A stretch of DNA of 63,984 nt, counting the filler, from Streblomastix strix (taxonomy: Eukaryota), in the NCBI GenBank assembly GCA_008636045.1. It is 3 parts of 3 records of this genome, joined end to end, with 100 filler letters (N's around TTAATTAATTAA, not from the genome) between each part and the next. Parts side by side here need not be neighbours in the genome. Positions count along the whole stretch, not along the records: positions 1 to 21,280 come from SNRW01000383.1; 2 more parts are not named here. One strand, given 5' to 3'. The notes under the pieces were generated by a model. The model was given only the letters and a program-made list of their open reading frames with translations, did not search any database and was not told the DNA's origin. Numbering within the stretch: position 1 is the first letter of the stretch; each line of letters begins with the position of its first letter. The translations under genes and the position numbers were made by a program. Below, piece by piece: positions 1-13,724 of the stretch.

Positions 1-746
1 TTTTCAAAACTCAAGTTGTTATAGATAATTAAGAAAAACTCATAATGCAGCGAGGAATTGGACACAACAGTTTTAATTTGTCATCAAAACGCCAGTACAT
101 GCATAATTTTGTCCAGGAGAGAAGTTGTATATGGCTTGAGTGCGATGATAGTCGAATTAATTTCACAACACTCTAATGTGCACTAAAGAAGTAGGCATAT
201 ATTCTTATTTATGTTTGGAAATGAATTAATGTAAAATTAATAATGCAAGTTAATCAACAAGCATAGTGCAAACGAATATTGTTTATTGAGTATAGAGTGC
301 CTAATTCTATGTGTTAGCCTTCCCACAGTTGCGTCCGTGAAATGATTATAATAATATTATGCAAAAAAGGCAATAAAAATAAGAAATTAGCTATTTTTTT
401 TCTCTGTTTGCTATTTTTGAAAGAAAATCTACTAACAAAGGTTATGTTGGAAAGATTTCATTAATTTCTTGTTAATGATCATTGCTATTTCTTCTTTCGC
501 TTCTTCAGTGCGATTAAGCTCGAGCTTTTAGTTCTTCTGGATGGTGTTCGTTTTTGTAACTTGTCCTTCTGCAACTGTTGTGATGTAGTTTGAAGTTATT
601 CTTTTTCCATAATATGCTTCTTATCTACTCCACTACATCATTAGTCCTGAATAAATTAAAAATAAAGGTGGACAATATAAATATATGTAGATAAAACAGT
701 TTGAATTTAATATATAAAAGCTTGATTTATACTGAACTGAGGTAGG

Positions 747-844
747 AACAATACTCGTTTGCACCACGCTTGTTGATTAGTTAGCATAATCAGTAAACTG
801 ATTATGCTGCAAACCATCAATGCTTCGTGCAAACGAGCATTGTT
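747..844. repeat. ~100-bp imperfect hairpin / inverted repeat
   Basis: AACAATACTCGTTTGCAC pairs with GTGCAAACGAGCATTGTT (1 mismatch). The central stem AGCATAATCAGT-aa-ACTGATTATGCT is perfect. A partial copy of the right arm lies at ~245-290. Confidence 0.85.
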
Positions 845-899
845 TATTGTGTATGCGTATTTGAAAGAAAATTTGTATACCTCACTCGTATTAAGTAAT

Positions 900-1710
900 T
901 TATCTATAATTTCACTGTTATTTGAGCGATAATAATAATTCTGCAGTGTTCTGACTGTATCAGTATAGATAGACCATGATTTTATTGCCGACTTTGGATA
1001 GCCTTAATCAATCATCTTTGCTATTGCAGCAGCTTTTAATTCTGTTATTTTTTATGATATGGAAGGCCAGCTACTTTAATTATCTGTTCAGTTAATTTGA
1101 AACATATATCAGCTGATACTGACTTATTTCTTGATAGATTTCATCATAGTATTTGTACGTTCTAACATCTAGGTTGTAGCTTTTCCCACCATTTGCCAAA
1201 CCAACGAACCGGATAAATTGTTCAATTTTTCGCTTTTTTAATTGTCAACATGATCTTGCTGCCACCAACTTTTTGGATGTCGAATTTTAAGATAAGCTTC
1301 TCATTTGTCATTGTTGCGACGTCCAGCGCCGCTCTTGAAATTTCGGCCATCCTTCTTGTTATTATAGACATCAATAATGCTAATGTAATGCCTTCAAATT
1401 CTTCATAATCCTTATCATCAATTTATTCGACTCTGCGCCGAATATAACAGAGTAAATCATCAATGTCGTATGTATCTTTATCTTTAACTTCTTTTGCAGT
1501 GTTCCTTCTATCTATTTTAACAGATGTTAATGTTGCATGATTATATATTTGTGATAATGAATGCCCAAACGAAATCATAAAAGAAGAAATAACTTTTTTG
1601 ACATTGAGTAAAGCAGAAGATGACAATCCTGCGTTCCTGAGCTATACATTCATATTTAACTTAAATAATCGTCCGTCAATGTGGTCAGAGACAATGATTA
1701 TTAGCTTCAT
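900..1710 (-). pseudogene. Degenerate tyrosine recombinase (DIRS-type YR domain)
   Basis: Table-6 reading gives YDIDDLLCYIRRR...LALLMSIITRRMAEISRA...YPVRWFGKWW, paralleling the YR at 20280-20860. In-frame TGAs and a frameshift are present. Confidence 0.65.
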
Positions 1711-2699
1711 TATCAATTTCACAACCTGTTGTATTCTATGACAGATTGTTTATCTCGATTTTTGCGTCTGAATGGAGTATATTCATAACTAGAATATATA
1801 GGACATTCCAAAATGAAATTGATTAAATTGACCTAAAATAATGAAATGATGCATAATTAATATAACTCTTAAAATAATTTGTTTTTCCAAATAACTTCTC
1901 CAATATTGCATTTATTGTATGAAAATAAGGAATTTTATTTATTTAAAGTTATTATTATGCTTATGGTGTGTTATGTAGATATTATTGAAATATTTGGTTT
2001 TGCTAAGCAGAAACTTATTATCTTTATACATTGTAATTTTGATTATTTCTATTTAATATATTTTCATCATTTATATTAGTTCTTGATAGAATTAATTAAC
2101 TTTGAATCATGTTTAGGTAATGATTTTATCCTAGTTGAGAATATCCTGGCTTTTGTTAACCTTTAGGTTAAGTTTTTGCATTATCTACTGCTTTCCTCTT
2201 TTAACGAGCCAATAGCTATTATTCTGCTTCTAAAATATACTACACATACAATTCATCTTATTTTTCAATCCTTTTCAATTATTCTTTTCGGTTTCGATCT
2301 TATACATCATAAATGTAGATTTCATCCTAATGGATCTTCAAATGTTCTTCGTAATCTTTAAATGGTATTGGTATATCACTGAATTAGCTTGGAATATATT
2401 GTTCATCTTCTAAATCATTATCATTTTGAAGATAATTTTTGTTCGTCATTAATAATATTTCTTTATTCAAAATATATTATCTTTATTTATCTCTTTAACC
2501 TTATTACTATGACTGTTATTGTTATCTTCTTTATTTTTCTTATATTCTTCTTATTTCATATAATAATAATTTTCATTTTTTTTATTTACTAATTCAGCAC
2601 TTGTTCTCAAATTTTCTTTTTGCCTTTTATTTATTCAATTCATTACTATTTATATTGTTGTTTTTGTTCATCGAGGCTTCACTTTCTCTCTAATTCTAA

Positions 2700-4590
2700 T
2701 TAAACATTAAAATCCGTAACCGTAACTATTGAATTTGGAAATACGACCCATCTTAATGTCATTTCATTAAATTCCTCATTATGGATCACATCCCTTTGAT
2801 AATGTTACATGGTGATAAATATTATTATTATTTCTCTAACTTACAATAAGAACTTAATAAATTTTCTCCTACGTAATGAAACTAGTTATAGCACTAATAT
2901 TCCCGCATGATTTCATACACTTATAATTAGCTTATGAGGTTATATTTGATTTTGATAATATGATAATATGGATAGGTGTTATTTAATTAGTTTTATATCT
3001 TTATTTCAATACTAACGATGCATTTTTATAATTAATATAGTTCTAATTATCCTTTACAATAGTTTATCAATGGCATATAAGACATATGATAATTAGTCTA
3101 CTAATAGCATGTATCTCTTAACAATTGAATTTAACATAATGCAAATTAAATCCGTCTCTCTATATTGATTATGAGTTCAATTGTGGATATATCATCATGC
3201 ATGATTCATATTTAATTAATGACTAGATTAGCATCTATAGCAACTAGATAATTTCCTAACTATTCATCTACATGGCTTTAAAGTTCATCCAAAGAAATTT
3301 AGTAATGGAGTATGGCATTACTATTAAACTCTAAATATCATCAATACTATAAATTTAACACTTAGAATAGATCTCATTAACTGTAACTGTCCATCGTTTG
3401 AGATTAGTACCAATATGTAATATTCTATAATAATTCAAGTTAGTAATATGATACGTCTTCGAACTTGGTAAATCTAAAATAGTATGTTTAACTTTAAGAT
3501 TACTTTGGGTACCCAACTATTTTAAACCAAGTTTTTGTTCATTCTTAGAATTAGCTACCAACACTCACTACAAACTCATGACTACTCCTTATGCCATTTA
3601 AACATAGTTCTATTTCTTTAATATATCATGTTACTTTCATAATTCAAGGTAAGTATGTAGAATTCTATTCAATTGAGCTGGTATTATATCACGTTCACAA
3701 ACTATGTTAAAGTTGCTTGCTTAACCCTCGATCCAAATATAGTCATGTGAGTAATTCTTATTAGCGATAGGGTACCTATTTATTTAGTCTTGATTATATG
3801 CCTTTATTCTCTAAATATCCCATTTTAGTATTTAAGTTCATTATTCAATCTCCATAGTGAAACAATAATCTTCTAGGCCTAAATTAACTTCCAGGGTCTC
3901 CATTAAATTTATGTATTTTCTTCACTACTAACTGTTAATCCTTGGTTACCAACTGTTTAATTCGACGTCATTAATACAGATAAAATAATTATTCATTTTA
4001 GCTCCTAAAAGTTCGACTACTTGCATGGTTATTGTAGATCTGTCATATTTACCTCTAACAATCTTAAGCTTCAAGATTAAAGCTTCTACAATTTAATTTG
4101 ATATCCCATTATACTATATCTTATTTGGACAATTGATTAATACCCACTATCCATGCTACTTTGATCTCGAAAGCATTACATCTAAATATATTAGCACTAA
4201 ATGTATGTCCAGAATGAAAATAGTACTTTGTAATAATCTAATATTGATCCATTATCTATTCTAAACAGCTAATCAGGTTAGTTTTAACATAATTTTAAGC
4301 ATATCTATCTAATGTAATATATATCCAACAATTAATCAGCAAAGACATAATTAAACCTACTCTAAATACCAAATATATAGATTTTGTAATAGTTACCCAG
4401 TCACAATTTAATGTAGTTGTTGTCCATTTGTCAAGTGCACTATCCGTTAGTAGAATTTATTCTATTTGCTGAATTTACCAGATTAACTTATTAAAATCTT
4501 ATCAAATCCGAAATATAGAAATGCCTCAACTTACTATTATTCCCAAATGTAGTAATTAACGTGACGAAGTAGTTATTACTATTCATGTCT
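2700..4590 (-). pseudogene. Highly decayed endogenous-virus-like segment including a fibre-like remnant
   Basis: Near 3900-3950 the minus strand reads NQGLTVSSEENT, resembling NKGLMISADGNTLTFNG of the fibre gene at 62980-63030. Frames are broken by TGAs and frameshifts. Confidence 0.35.
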
Positions 4591-7299
4591 TTATGTTTTA
4601 ACTTAACTCTCACTGATGCTTCTCAGTTAGGGCTCTCACTAAGGGTTATTCATGCTTATGTAGTAAATAATAAGAAAGTCACTTATTATATGCTCATTAA
4701 ATAGCGAACAAAATTTATATAATGGTCTTGTTATGGTAAAAAGAATTTCAGAAAAACGATCAGGCCCTTAAGAGCCTTTGTCCAAATAAACAGGGAAGCT
4801 CGCATTAGCGAAGGGATTGTGACATAATCCGACCACAGGGAGGGTTATAAGGAGTAACACTGGCAAATATGTTAACTCCAAATCATTTATTTTTAGATTT
4901 GACTTCAATGATTTGATTATTCATGTCATAGAATTTTATTTTAGTTTATTCATTGCCACATGACAATAGATATGAACTCTACCATGTTCAGTTTTTACTA
5001 AGCAAACTTTAAGAAATTTGTCATTTCTAAGTTATTGAAATATTTCGTGTCATATGACTTTTCATTATAATTCATCAGCTTCTGAATCGTGAGATACAGG
5101 CGAAGCTCTGACTTAGTCAGGAAATCTTCGGTCTTCCGATATGATAGGTTCTGCATATTATACTTAACAATTAGGGTGGTATATGATTTTCTACTACCGA
5201 TTTTATTTGTTATCTTTAGTATTATCATATTTTAAATCTTATTCAATTATTTGTATGATTATAGTTAAAAATTTCAAATTTGTAATGAAAATATTGTTCA
5301 TTAAATATTTTAATTGTTAATCATAGAATGGATTGCATTTTTATAAAATGTAAAAATTAAATGATAACTTCAGACTATTAGATTAAATAATAAAGTAAAC
5401 AAAAAATGAATAATATTAATGCATTTAAAAAACGTTATGAAACATTTTTAAAGTGAGTCTTGAGATTCGCAAATTCAAAATTAAATTAAAAAAAATTTGA
5501 AATGACATTTTCTTATAAGATTTTGAATGAAACAAATTTATTTCAGTTGGATTAAATTAATTATTTTATTTTTATTCGAAATTTTTTTGTTTTTCACTCT
5601 ATGCAGAACTGCAAAATTTGCAAAATTTTTAAGTAAAAATGAATCCAAATCAAATTCAAATATAAATAATTATATTGAACTTATTCAAAGAATCTGATCA
5701 AAATAATTTTATTGAATATATGATTGATTAAAAATTGGAAAAAGACAAGTTATTTCAAAAAAATGATAATTGCTAAATAAAAAATTCGATTTTAAGTTTA
5801 AAATTAAAAATATTCCCTAATTTTAAATAAGAGAATTGACATCAAATTGCTTATCAATCTGTTAATTGCTCTGATGAACGTCTTATATTTAGAAGAGATG
5901 AAATAATTTATATTTAATTCATTTCGAAATTTAAAAATTTTATCATTCTTAATGTAAATGTCACTTTAGTCAATCTAAAATAAATCTTCAATAACAGTAT
6001 CTTCGTATAAACTCTTAAAAATTGATCTGCCTCTTGAAAATGTTTCAAATCAGATAAAATATACAACGAAAAATCTTATCCATGCTCAAATAATCCTTCA
6101 ATAATATTATATTCATGATGCAAATAAATAAACATACTTTGTATATAAAGTATTTCAAATAAAATGAATGAATTAATTATCATTCAATTATTATAATTCA
6201 TTTAATATAAAATACAATTAATTGTTATCCCACAAGAATATAACGTTATTATTGGGCTAATAGGAGTGGACCAGACATATTAATGATTCTTCTATCTAAG
6301 ATGCTACATATTCAGCATACATTCAACTTGTAGGAGTTTACAAATAAATATTGAAATTAAAAAATTATTTCCTACTTTTTAAAATTAATGAGATAAAGTT
6401 AGAAAATACCAAATTTAAAAGAATAATAATAAATATTAAAAATGAAATTCAATAAATATATATTACTCATTAATAAATTAATATTAAATTGATGAGACAC
6501 GAAAAAAAGAGAATTTTTGCAAAAATATTGAGAATTACTTTGGAAATGAAAAGTGGTTTAATAAATTTTGATGAAATACATGAAATTGTTTTAATTATAT
6601 TCAACTAATAAATAATATTGGTTATCTAGTAGTGCTTGCTAGACATTTAATCTTTGGTTATTAAAAAATGAATTGGTTGAGGGTTTGTTAAAAAAAAGGT
6701 CAATTTGTATTATTGTTTAGAGCACTTGAAACAACATTATTATGCATTTAATCAGTTTGTTGGAGCTTAAGTCTTCAACTATCTGGAAGGATTATTAAAT
6801 TTACGGATTATTGTCTAGCTAGTTCATTAGAATCATCTCGTAAATATTTGAAAATTGATAAATACCATTGTTGGATGAAAGATTATCTGTCGCAACTATA
6901 TTTGTGAATTAGGATGAAATTAATGAAGGAAAAATAGGTTGATTAGCATTAATCACAATTATGGATGCTAAACGATAGATCATATCATTATAGCCTCTGA
7001 TGAACTTCTAAATGATTAAGAAATATCTGCTTTCCAAATCTAATATCAAATTGTGACTTTTTTGACATCATCACTTTCAAGGTTAGGAAAATTTTCTCCA
7101 GATATTTTCTTCTATATGTCCTTTTCGTTCGTATATTCAATCATTGAAACATTTAAGTTGTTAACGATTCAATATTGTCAACATTCAGCATAATAATTGC
7201 AGGATCTTAAACTCCAATTTTTCCCATTATACACTTATATTTTGAATTATTTTCTGATATCGGTGAAATTTATAAGATCTCTTCAATTTTTCAGATGCA

Positions 7300-7899
7300 T
7301 TTAAATGAATTAACAAAAGATTATTCTCAATTTTGTATTTTAGTAGACGCAATTTGCAGGTCTTTTAAGTATTGATAGTTCGCAAATAAAGATTTATTAC
7401 ATCAGATGAAAATCAACCAATAGTTAACATTTGTGTTAGAAGTGCAAACACCATTTCCATAAGTTCACCTCATCCATATTTTGATGCAATGAATGATTAT
7501 GGATGAATTGAGAAATTTATGTAATTTTTCACGAAGAATGATGATTAATTCTAAAGGAATTTGGCAGCAATCTGTTTCAGCAACATATTTGAATCAAGGG
7601 AAATAAAAGATGAACAAATAAGCGCTGAAATATTAGGCCATCTGTGGACTCTTGCTAATGATCCAAAAGAATGGGAAAAGCATAAATCAATATTGGAACT
7701 TGAAGGTTTAGCACAGAATGCAGGTATGATTAAATATTGAATGAGTGTAATAAATAATTTATATTTAGTAATTTTGATTATCATTTAAATGAATGAGTGA
7801 ATATTATAAATTTATTAATCTTACAATTTTCATAATCATTTATATTATCCAGTTAACCGAACGTAAATCGAATCTGTTGGCTTCGTCTTTCCACAATGA
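7300..7899 (+). pseudogene. ARM-like host gene family, C-terminal fragment
   Basis: HPYFDAMNDYG*...AAICFSNIFESREIKDEQISAEILGHLWTLAND...LEGLAQNA, then a GTATG...CCAG intron and a last exon NRTQIESVGFVFPQ-TGA. Paralog of 26154-26528, with premature stops. Confidence 0.75.
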
Positions 7900-9949
7900 G
7901 AATTTGCATAGTAAATAAGAACTACCAAATTTAAGTAGTTTTAAGCTGTTGAATTTTAATTCTGTAAATAAAAAAACCTGTAAATAAAAAAACAGTTAAA
8001 TTTACACTCAAATATCTAGCACAAAATGCAAGTATAACATATATGAACAAATTCTAAAAATATTATTTATTTCCAATATCATTACCAATTATATCAAACA
8101 GTCAAGAGAGAAGATATAGAGTCTGGATGATTTGCCATTCTTGAATGAGAATATGCAGATTAAGTAAGATCCTCTAAAATTTAGTAATTTTAAAGAGTTA
8201 CAGTATAATTTTGTAAAAAAATAAATTTTAAATTACTAAATTAAATTAGTTTTGAGAAGAGTTTTGATTTTTTTTTAAATTTCAAGTAGTTATGGATCAT
8301 ATTATTAAGCCATTCCTCTAAATGTTTAGTGGAGATTCAACGCAGTCTGTCCTCATGATTTAATTGGTCAAAAATCAAGGAATAGTAAAATTATTTCTTC
8401 ATTTTCTAAGAATCTTATATATATAATGAATATACTTGCATTAGAAATGTCGGTAGATTCTTCTAGGATATAAATCCTTAATATAGAACGTATCATTCAA
8501 AAAACAATAATTCTTGTAATAACATTCGAAAAAACTTATAGAGATATATGTTTACTTTTATTTGAAATAAGGTCAAATCTCTGAAATAGTTCATGATCTT
8601 TTAATGATTTTATCATAAAAAGCAAAAATAAAATTTCCTTGTTTGCTACTTGTTATTTTGCTTGACAAAAAATTATCCAAAAATATTATTTTGCTTCATA
8701 TTCAACTTCTATTTCATTTAATCCAAGCGGTTTCATTGATTTATTATTTAGATATTTTAAAAATATTTTCGATTTATGATTATGAGTTAAACCTGATAAT
8801 TACTTTGGAAATACATCTTTTAGAACAAATGGTTGCTTGCATTTGATTGCATCTTTTTATTGTAATTACTTATTTTATTTCGAATTTCACCATCATCTAC
8901 AATATGGATCAATTATCATTGTTAGAAATCATGATTTTTCTTAGTTTTTATCTATTCTGGGTATTTTCTTTTCGTTTCATTGTCAATATCTTCAGCAAAA
9001 TCATCGCTTGAAGCATCTTTGGAATTTTATTCAATATCATCATATATTTCTTCTCTTTATCTTTTTTGATTTTATATCAATAGGTCGTCATCCTTTCCTT
9101 TTTTTATTCTTTAATTTTTTGCAATATGAAATTAATGTAATTTGAATTTAATCAAAAAAATTATTTTTAACTACGTTTATTTTTGAAAAATTTTTATCAG
9201 TATTGAAATGAAATGCATTTTAAATATCACAGAATAAGAAAATTAGTTATTAATGTCCCATTTGAAAATATCTTGGCTTAGGGATATAATTCAGATTGAG
9301 ACTAAATACTAAAATTGAAAAATATTTGATTAAAAGAAAAACTTCCACATTTTAGCCGTAATAACAAATAAATAATTACAACAGAAATAGCGTAAAGATT
9401 CAAATATTAATTGGAAAGTATTTATAATAAATCAAATAAAATTTAAAAATATAAAAGATCTAGTTATAATTGTATAATATTGGTGCTATGTTCAACCATT
9501 GATTCAATCCTTACTAAATTGTTCTTATGTGAAAAGTTTTTTTTGTATTTTTTTAATAATTTGCAAATTTTGAAACAGAATATTTTTCAATAATTATTTT
9601 TCTATAATTATTTTTAAAGTATATTATACGATTCTTCAAATTTTACTAACAAAATATTTATGTAAAAATTTCTCATAAAAACAGTTTTTCATGTCGATAA
9701 AATAATTCTTTTCAAAATTGAAGGATGCGAATGGAACTCAATTTTAGTGAAAATTATTATTATAAAAATATATTTAATATCAATTTATTTCAAAAAATTT
9801 AAATATTTATTAGATATTAATTTGAATAATACCAAAAAATGTTAAAGATTACGATTTGATATATCTTATTTATAACAATTCATTCACTAATAAAAATGAT
9901 AATTAAACTAGAAAGATATATATTATTTATTATACTCATCCAAATAAAT

Positions 9950-11724
9950 CATACCAGCATTCTGTGCTAACCCTTCGAGTCTCAATATTGATGTGTTCCT
10001 CATCCATTCATCTGTATCATTGGCAAGAGTTTCAAGATGTCCAATTATTTCAACACGCATTTATTGATCAGTAATTTCTCTTGTTCTGAATAGATGCCCA
10101 ACACAGATTTGCTGCAATATCCGTTGTATATTTATCAACATTATTCCTATACAATTTCATTATTATTTCTATTCATCCACAAGCGTTCATTGTGTTATAG
10201 TAAGGATGAATAGTATTATTTGGAGTAATGATGTCACCTCCGATAACAATGTTGAATATCGAGAAAATTCCATCATATGCTATAGATATATCAGTGTGAT
10301 CTAACAATCATAACAGACTAGGAAAAGGCTTCTTTTCATATATGAGTAAATTGATCTCAATACTTGTCATTGCTAACTTTGAAAATGCACATAAAATGTA
10401 TCTTGTAATCTGACTCAATTCTCTTTTTGCGAAGATAAAGATAAATGCGTCTATAATTTCTGATTAAATTATTCTTCTTCTTATTTCATCATCTTCTTAA
10501 TCCTTTAATAAATTTATTAAAAATGACAAATCATTATCTTATATTATCATTATCTAATTTATCTCGTCTTATGTTCCTTTTATTGGAATCATCAAATTTT
10601 CCCTAATTGTATTAAGCACCGAAACAGGAATTTGAGATTTCATAATTTCCGATATTGTGTTATTATTCTTCTATTCGGAATTTCTTTTCAATTCTTATAT
10701 TTCTGATTATTAATCTTCATTTAACTTTTTTATTTTTTCAATTTCTTTTATTTATTATTTATTTTATTTTACTATCTATTCATTTGATCTTTTCAGTTCT
10801 TCGTTTTCTTTTGTCTTTTAGTAATGTTATCTTTTCAATTCTTACATCTCATCTATTGAACATGGACTAATAACTTCTTAACAAGTAAGTAATGTTTCAA
10901 TTATTTTTGCTTTCATTGAGATTTTCTTCTTTTTCTCATCTTTATCTGATCCAAGTTTACATATGATAGGTAATAATCCACTCATCTCAAATACATTGCA
11001 ACCATTTGTTTTCAAATCTATAATTGTTCCAAGTATGTTCGAATGAACATGTTCAGGTTTGGATTCATCAATCTAATGTGAAATATATATCAAAAGAGAT
11101 GAAATAATATTATATTAATAAAATTAAAATAATATATTAAGAATACAAGTTGAAATCGGGCAATCACTAAAAATCCGTTTTTAATAAGAGTCATTCGAAA
11201 ATTATCAGATTTCCTAATAAATATATTCAATCCATCAAATATTATTTATGAATTAACATCATCAGTGCTCTGAATTATATAATAAATAAAAGATAGACTT
11301 AAAATAATCCAAAAGATATACTTTGAGCATATCAATAAGAGAACTCAAGCATAAATTATTCGATAAACTTCCACAATCTTCATCTGAAACAAAAATTATA
11401 TTATAAACATCAGAAAGGAAGAAGAAAATAATAAATACCTTGAAATGCAATAGAAACGAGTCGTTCTGTAATACATGCTCTCATTTAAGGATCATCAGAA
11501 AGAAGTTCATTAACAAGAAGAGGAATTTCAGCCAACTACAAGAGAATGACAAATAAAAAATGTCAATATATTACAAAATAATTATAGTCTACATTAAATA
11601 TTTCATAGTGTAAATCATTTGAACTTAGATTACGAAGAGTTTCAGATTACAGATTTGATATTTCTTAAATATTTTGCTCTATCTTGAGCTTAATAATATT
11701 GAAGTATTCGCTTTGAGTATTCAT
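9950..11724 (-). pseudogene. ARM-like host gene paralog (intron-containing, with in-frame TGAs)
   Basis: Starts MNTQS and is colinear with 28488-30406 (EIPLLVNELLSDDPQMRA; KKPFPSLL*LLDHTD; AANLCWASIQ). Contains TGA stops. Confidence 0.75.
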
Positions 11725-12059
11725 GATTTAAAATAATTCTATTTAAATATAAATATGTAAAATAAAAAAAAATAAAAGTAAGATGGTAAAATCCGAAAAC
11801 TATAAAAAAAATGTTACGTCAAGATTTTTTGGAATATCAGATAAGAAATAGAATGAATATAATAATAAACTTAAAGAATTTAATAAATGTACCACATTAA
11901 TAAAAAAAGAATTTTCAAATCAATAAACATGGATGGATAAATGATAATTAAATATTGTAAAATCGGAAATGAGAAGTATTTGGTATTGAAGAAGAAATTA
12001 ACATTTAAATTAGAGGTTTCAATTTTGAAAATGAAAATAAATTAGTAGGATATGAATTC

Positions 12060-12830
12060 AGAACTGCAAATTCGTAATTTCTATCACGTTTCTGTTCGCT
12101 GTGTTGCCCCTTGCAATTACTTGTGCTCCCAATATGTGTTACCCTGTTTATCTATTTAAATGTAAATTGATTTCATTCGCATCCGAGTTAAAATAGTTCG
12201 CGATGGTCCCGTTTTCGTACTTCGCTCTTGCAAAATGCATTCTCTCGGCTTCTCTTAAGTTATGGATCATTATGTTAAGTATATAGATTGCCAATTGTTC
12301 TTATTATTCGCACAAAAGTACTAATATAACTTCACCTATTCTGAAGTTGTATAACGTAAATGATTGCATGCTCAGCAAAATTTTGTCAATCGGACTGCGC
12401 TTAGAGTCTAGTATTTCCTCTGGTACTGATACCGATATGATGAGAAGTAGTGATAGGCACTAAATTTCGCGTTTGTTGGCTTCGCAGTTCTGTTCTTCTA
12501 GGATATACGTCGCCTCCATGACCTTTGCCATATGCGTTTGCATCCTCCCACTGAACGCCTGCCTAGGTGCAAGTTACCGTTCAATATCCTGTAGCATCGA
12601 CTGCTGCTCAGGCTGAAGAAACTTCCCGATCTCGTCTCTATGTTCCAACTGCTTGACTGTAGTCGTGACAGGTGCCGTTACAATGTACTTTGGAGGGTCG
12701 AAGTTCATGAACAGTCCCGGCTCAGACCGTTCCGGTTTTACTAAATTCTTTGATATTTTTTGAAAATTACCACCTCATAGATCGGATGCCTGTTCGTATG
12801 CCGACCACATTGGAGCCACAGTAGTATCTC
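12060..12830 (-). mobile_element. Probable gag-like remnant of a retroelement
   Basis: An island of raised GC content with broken frames and a composition like the DIRS gag regions elsewhere in the window. No catalytic motif was seen. Confidence 0.3.
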
Positions 12831-13724
12831 AATATAGAGGTGAGAGTAGGAGAGAAGGGGATGATCAATTATTATCCTCGTTTCTCTTGGTGACAGGGTA
12901 AAGATATTTCGAATAAATATATATTATTTAGTTTAATAAACAATTAATATTATATATATTTATCCATTTCAATATTAATAAACTTGAATTCCTTTCTCCA
13001 AATGCATAATCAAATAATTCATTTATCAATGGTTGATGTCCATATGCCCTCCATTTGAGCCAATCTCCTTCAGGTTGGAGCAAATTTCGCCAATCGATTG
13101 GGAAGAACGGAGAATAAAGTGCTAGTAAATTGAGATATTGATTAATTAATGATATTTGAATATAATAAGAAAAATGAAATTTAAAAAATGAAGCTTCATT
13201 AAGAAAATCATAGTCTGAAGTTAAAAAATAGATGAGAGTATTAGTAATAGGAAGGAATTTCAGATATGCATATATATTTTCGACAAAGTTTTCGACATTT
13301 TTATTGTGTGTCGTATAGAGTATTATGACTAAAATTATTATAATATTTTAATAAATTTGTTGAATTTTAATAAAGAAAAACAATTACAAACATAAATTTA
13401 ACTCTTTTATAAGATTGATATCAAAAATTCCATAAAAAACTCACTCATGCCGTGATTTTTACGGTCTAATTTAAGTACGTGCTATTTGCTTTGAATTATG
13501 TTAGTTTTATAAAGAATTTTATTTTTGATTTCAATTAGTGACATATTTAGTGCAGAAAAAATACATTTTTGAATAATTAAAATATTTCGCTCTACATTTG
13601 AGATTTATTTAATTTATTTATTTTTATTTTTATGATTTCAATCAAATTTAAATTAATAATACGAACTATCTACTGTTTTATTGAAGATTATACAACAAAA
13701 ATATTTTTTTTTATTTATATACAA

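Noticed and set aside
1879..2592. Hydrophobic short ORFs in the supplied track (also 10655, 49355, 57192 and others) as membrane proteins
   Set aside because: They are antisense shadows of E/K/Q-rich table-6 genes or AT-rich noise. The track uses the wrong genetic code.
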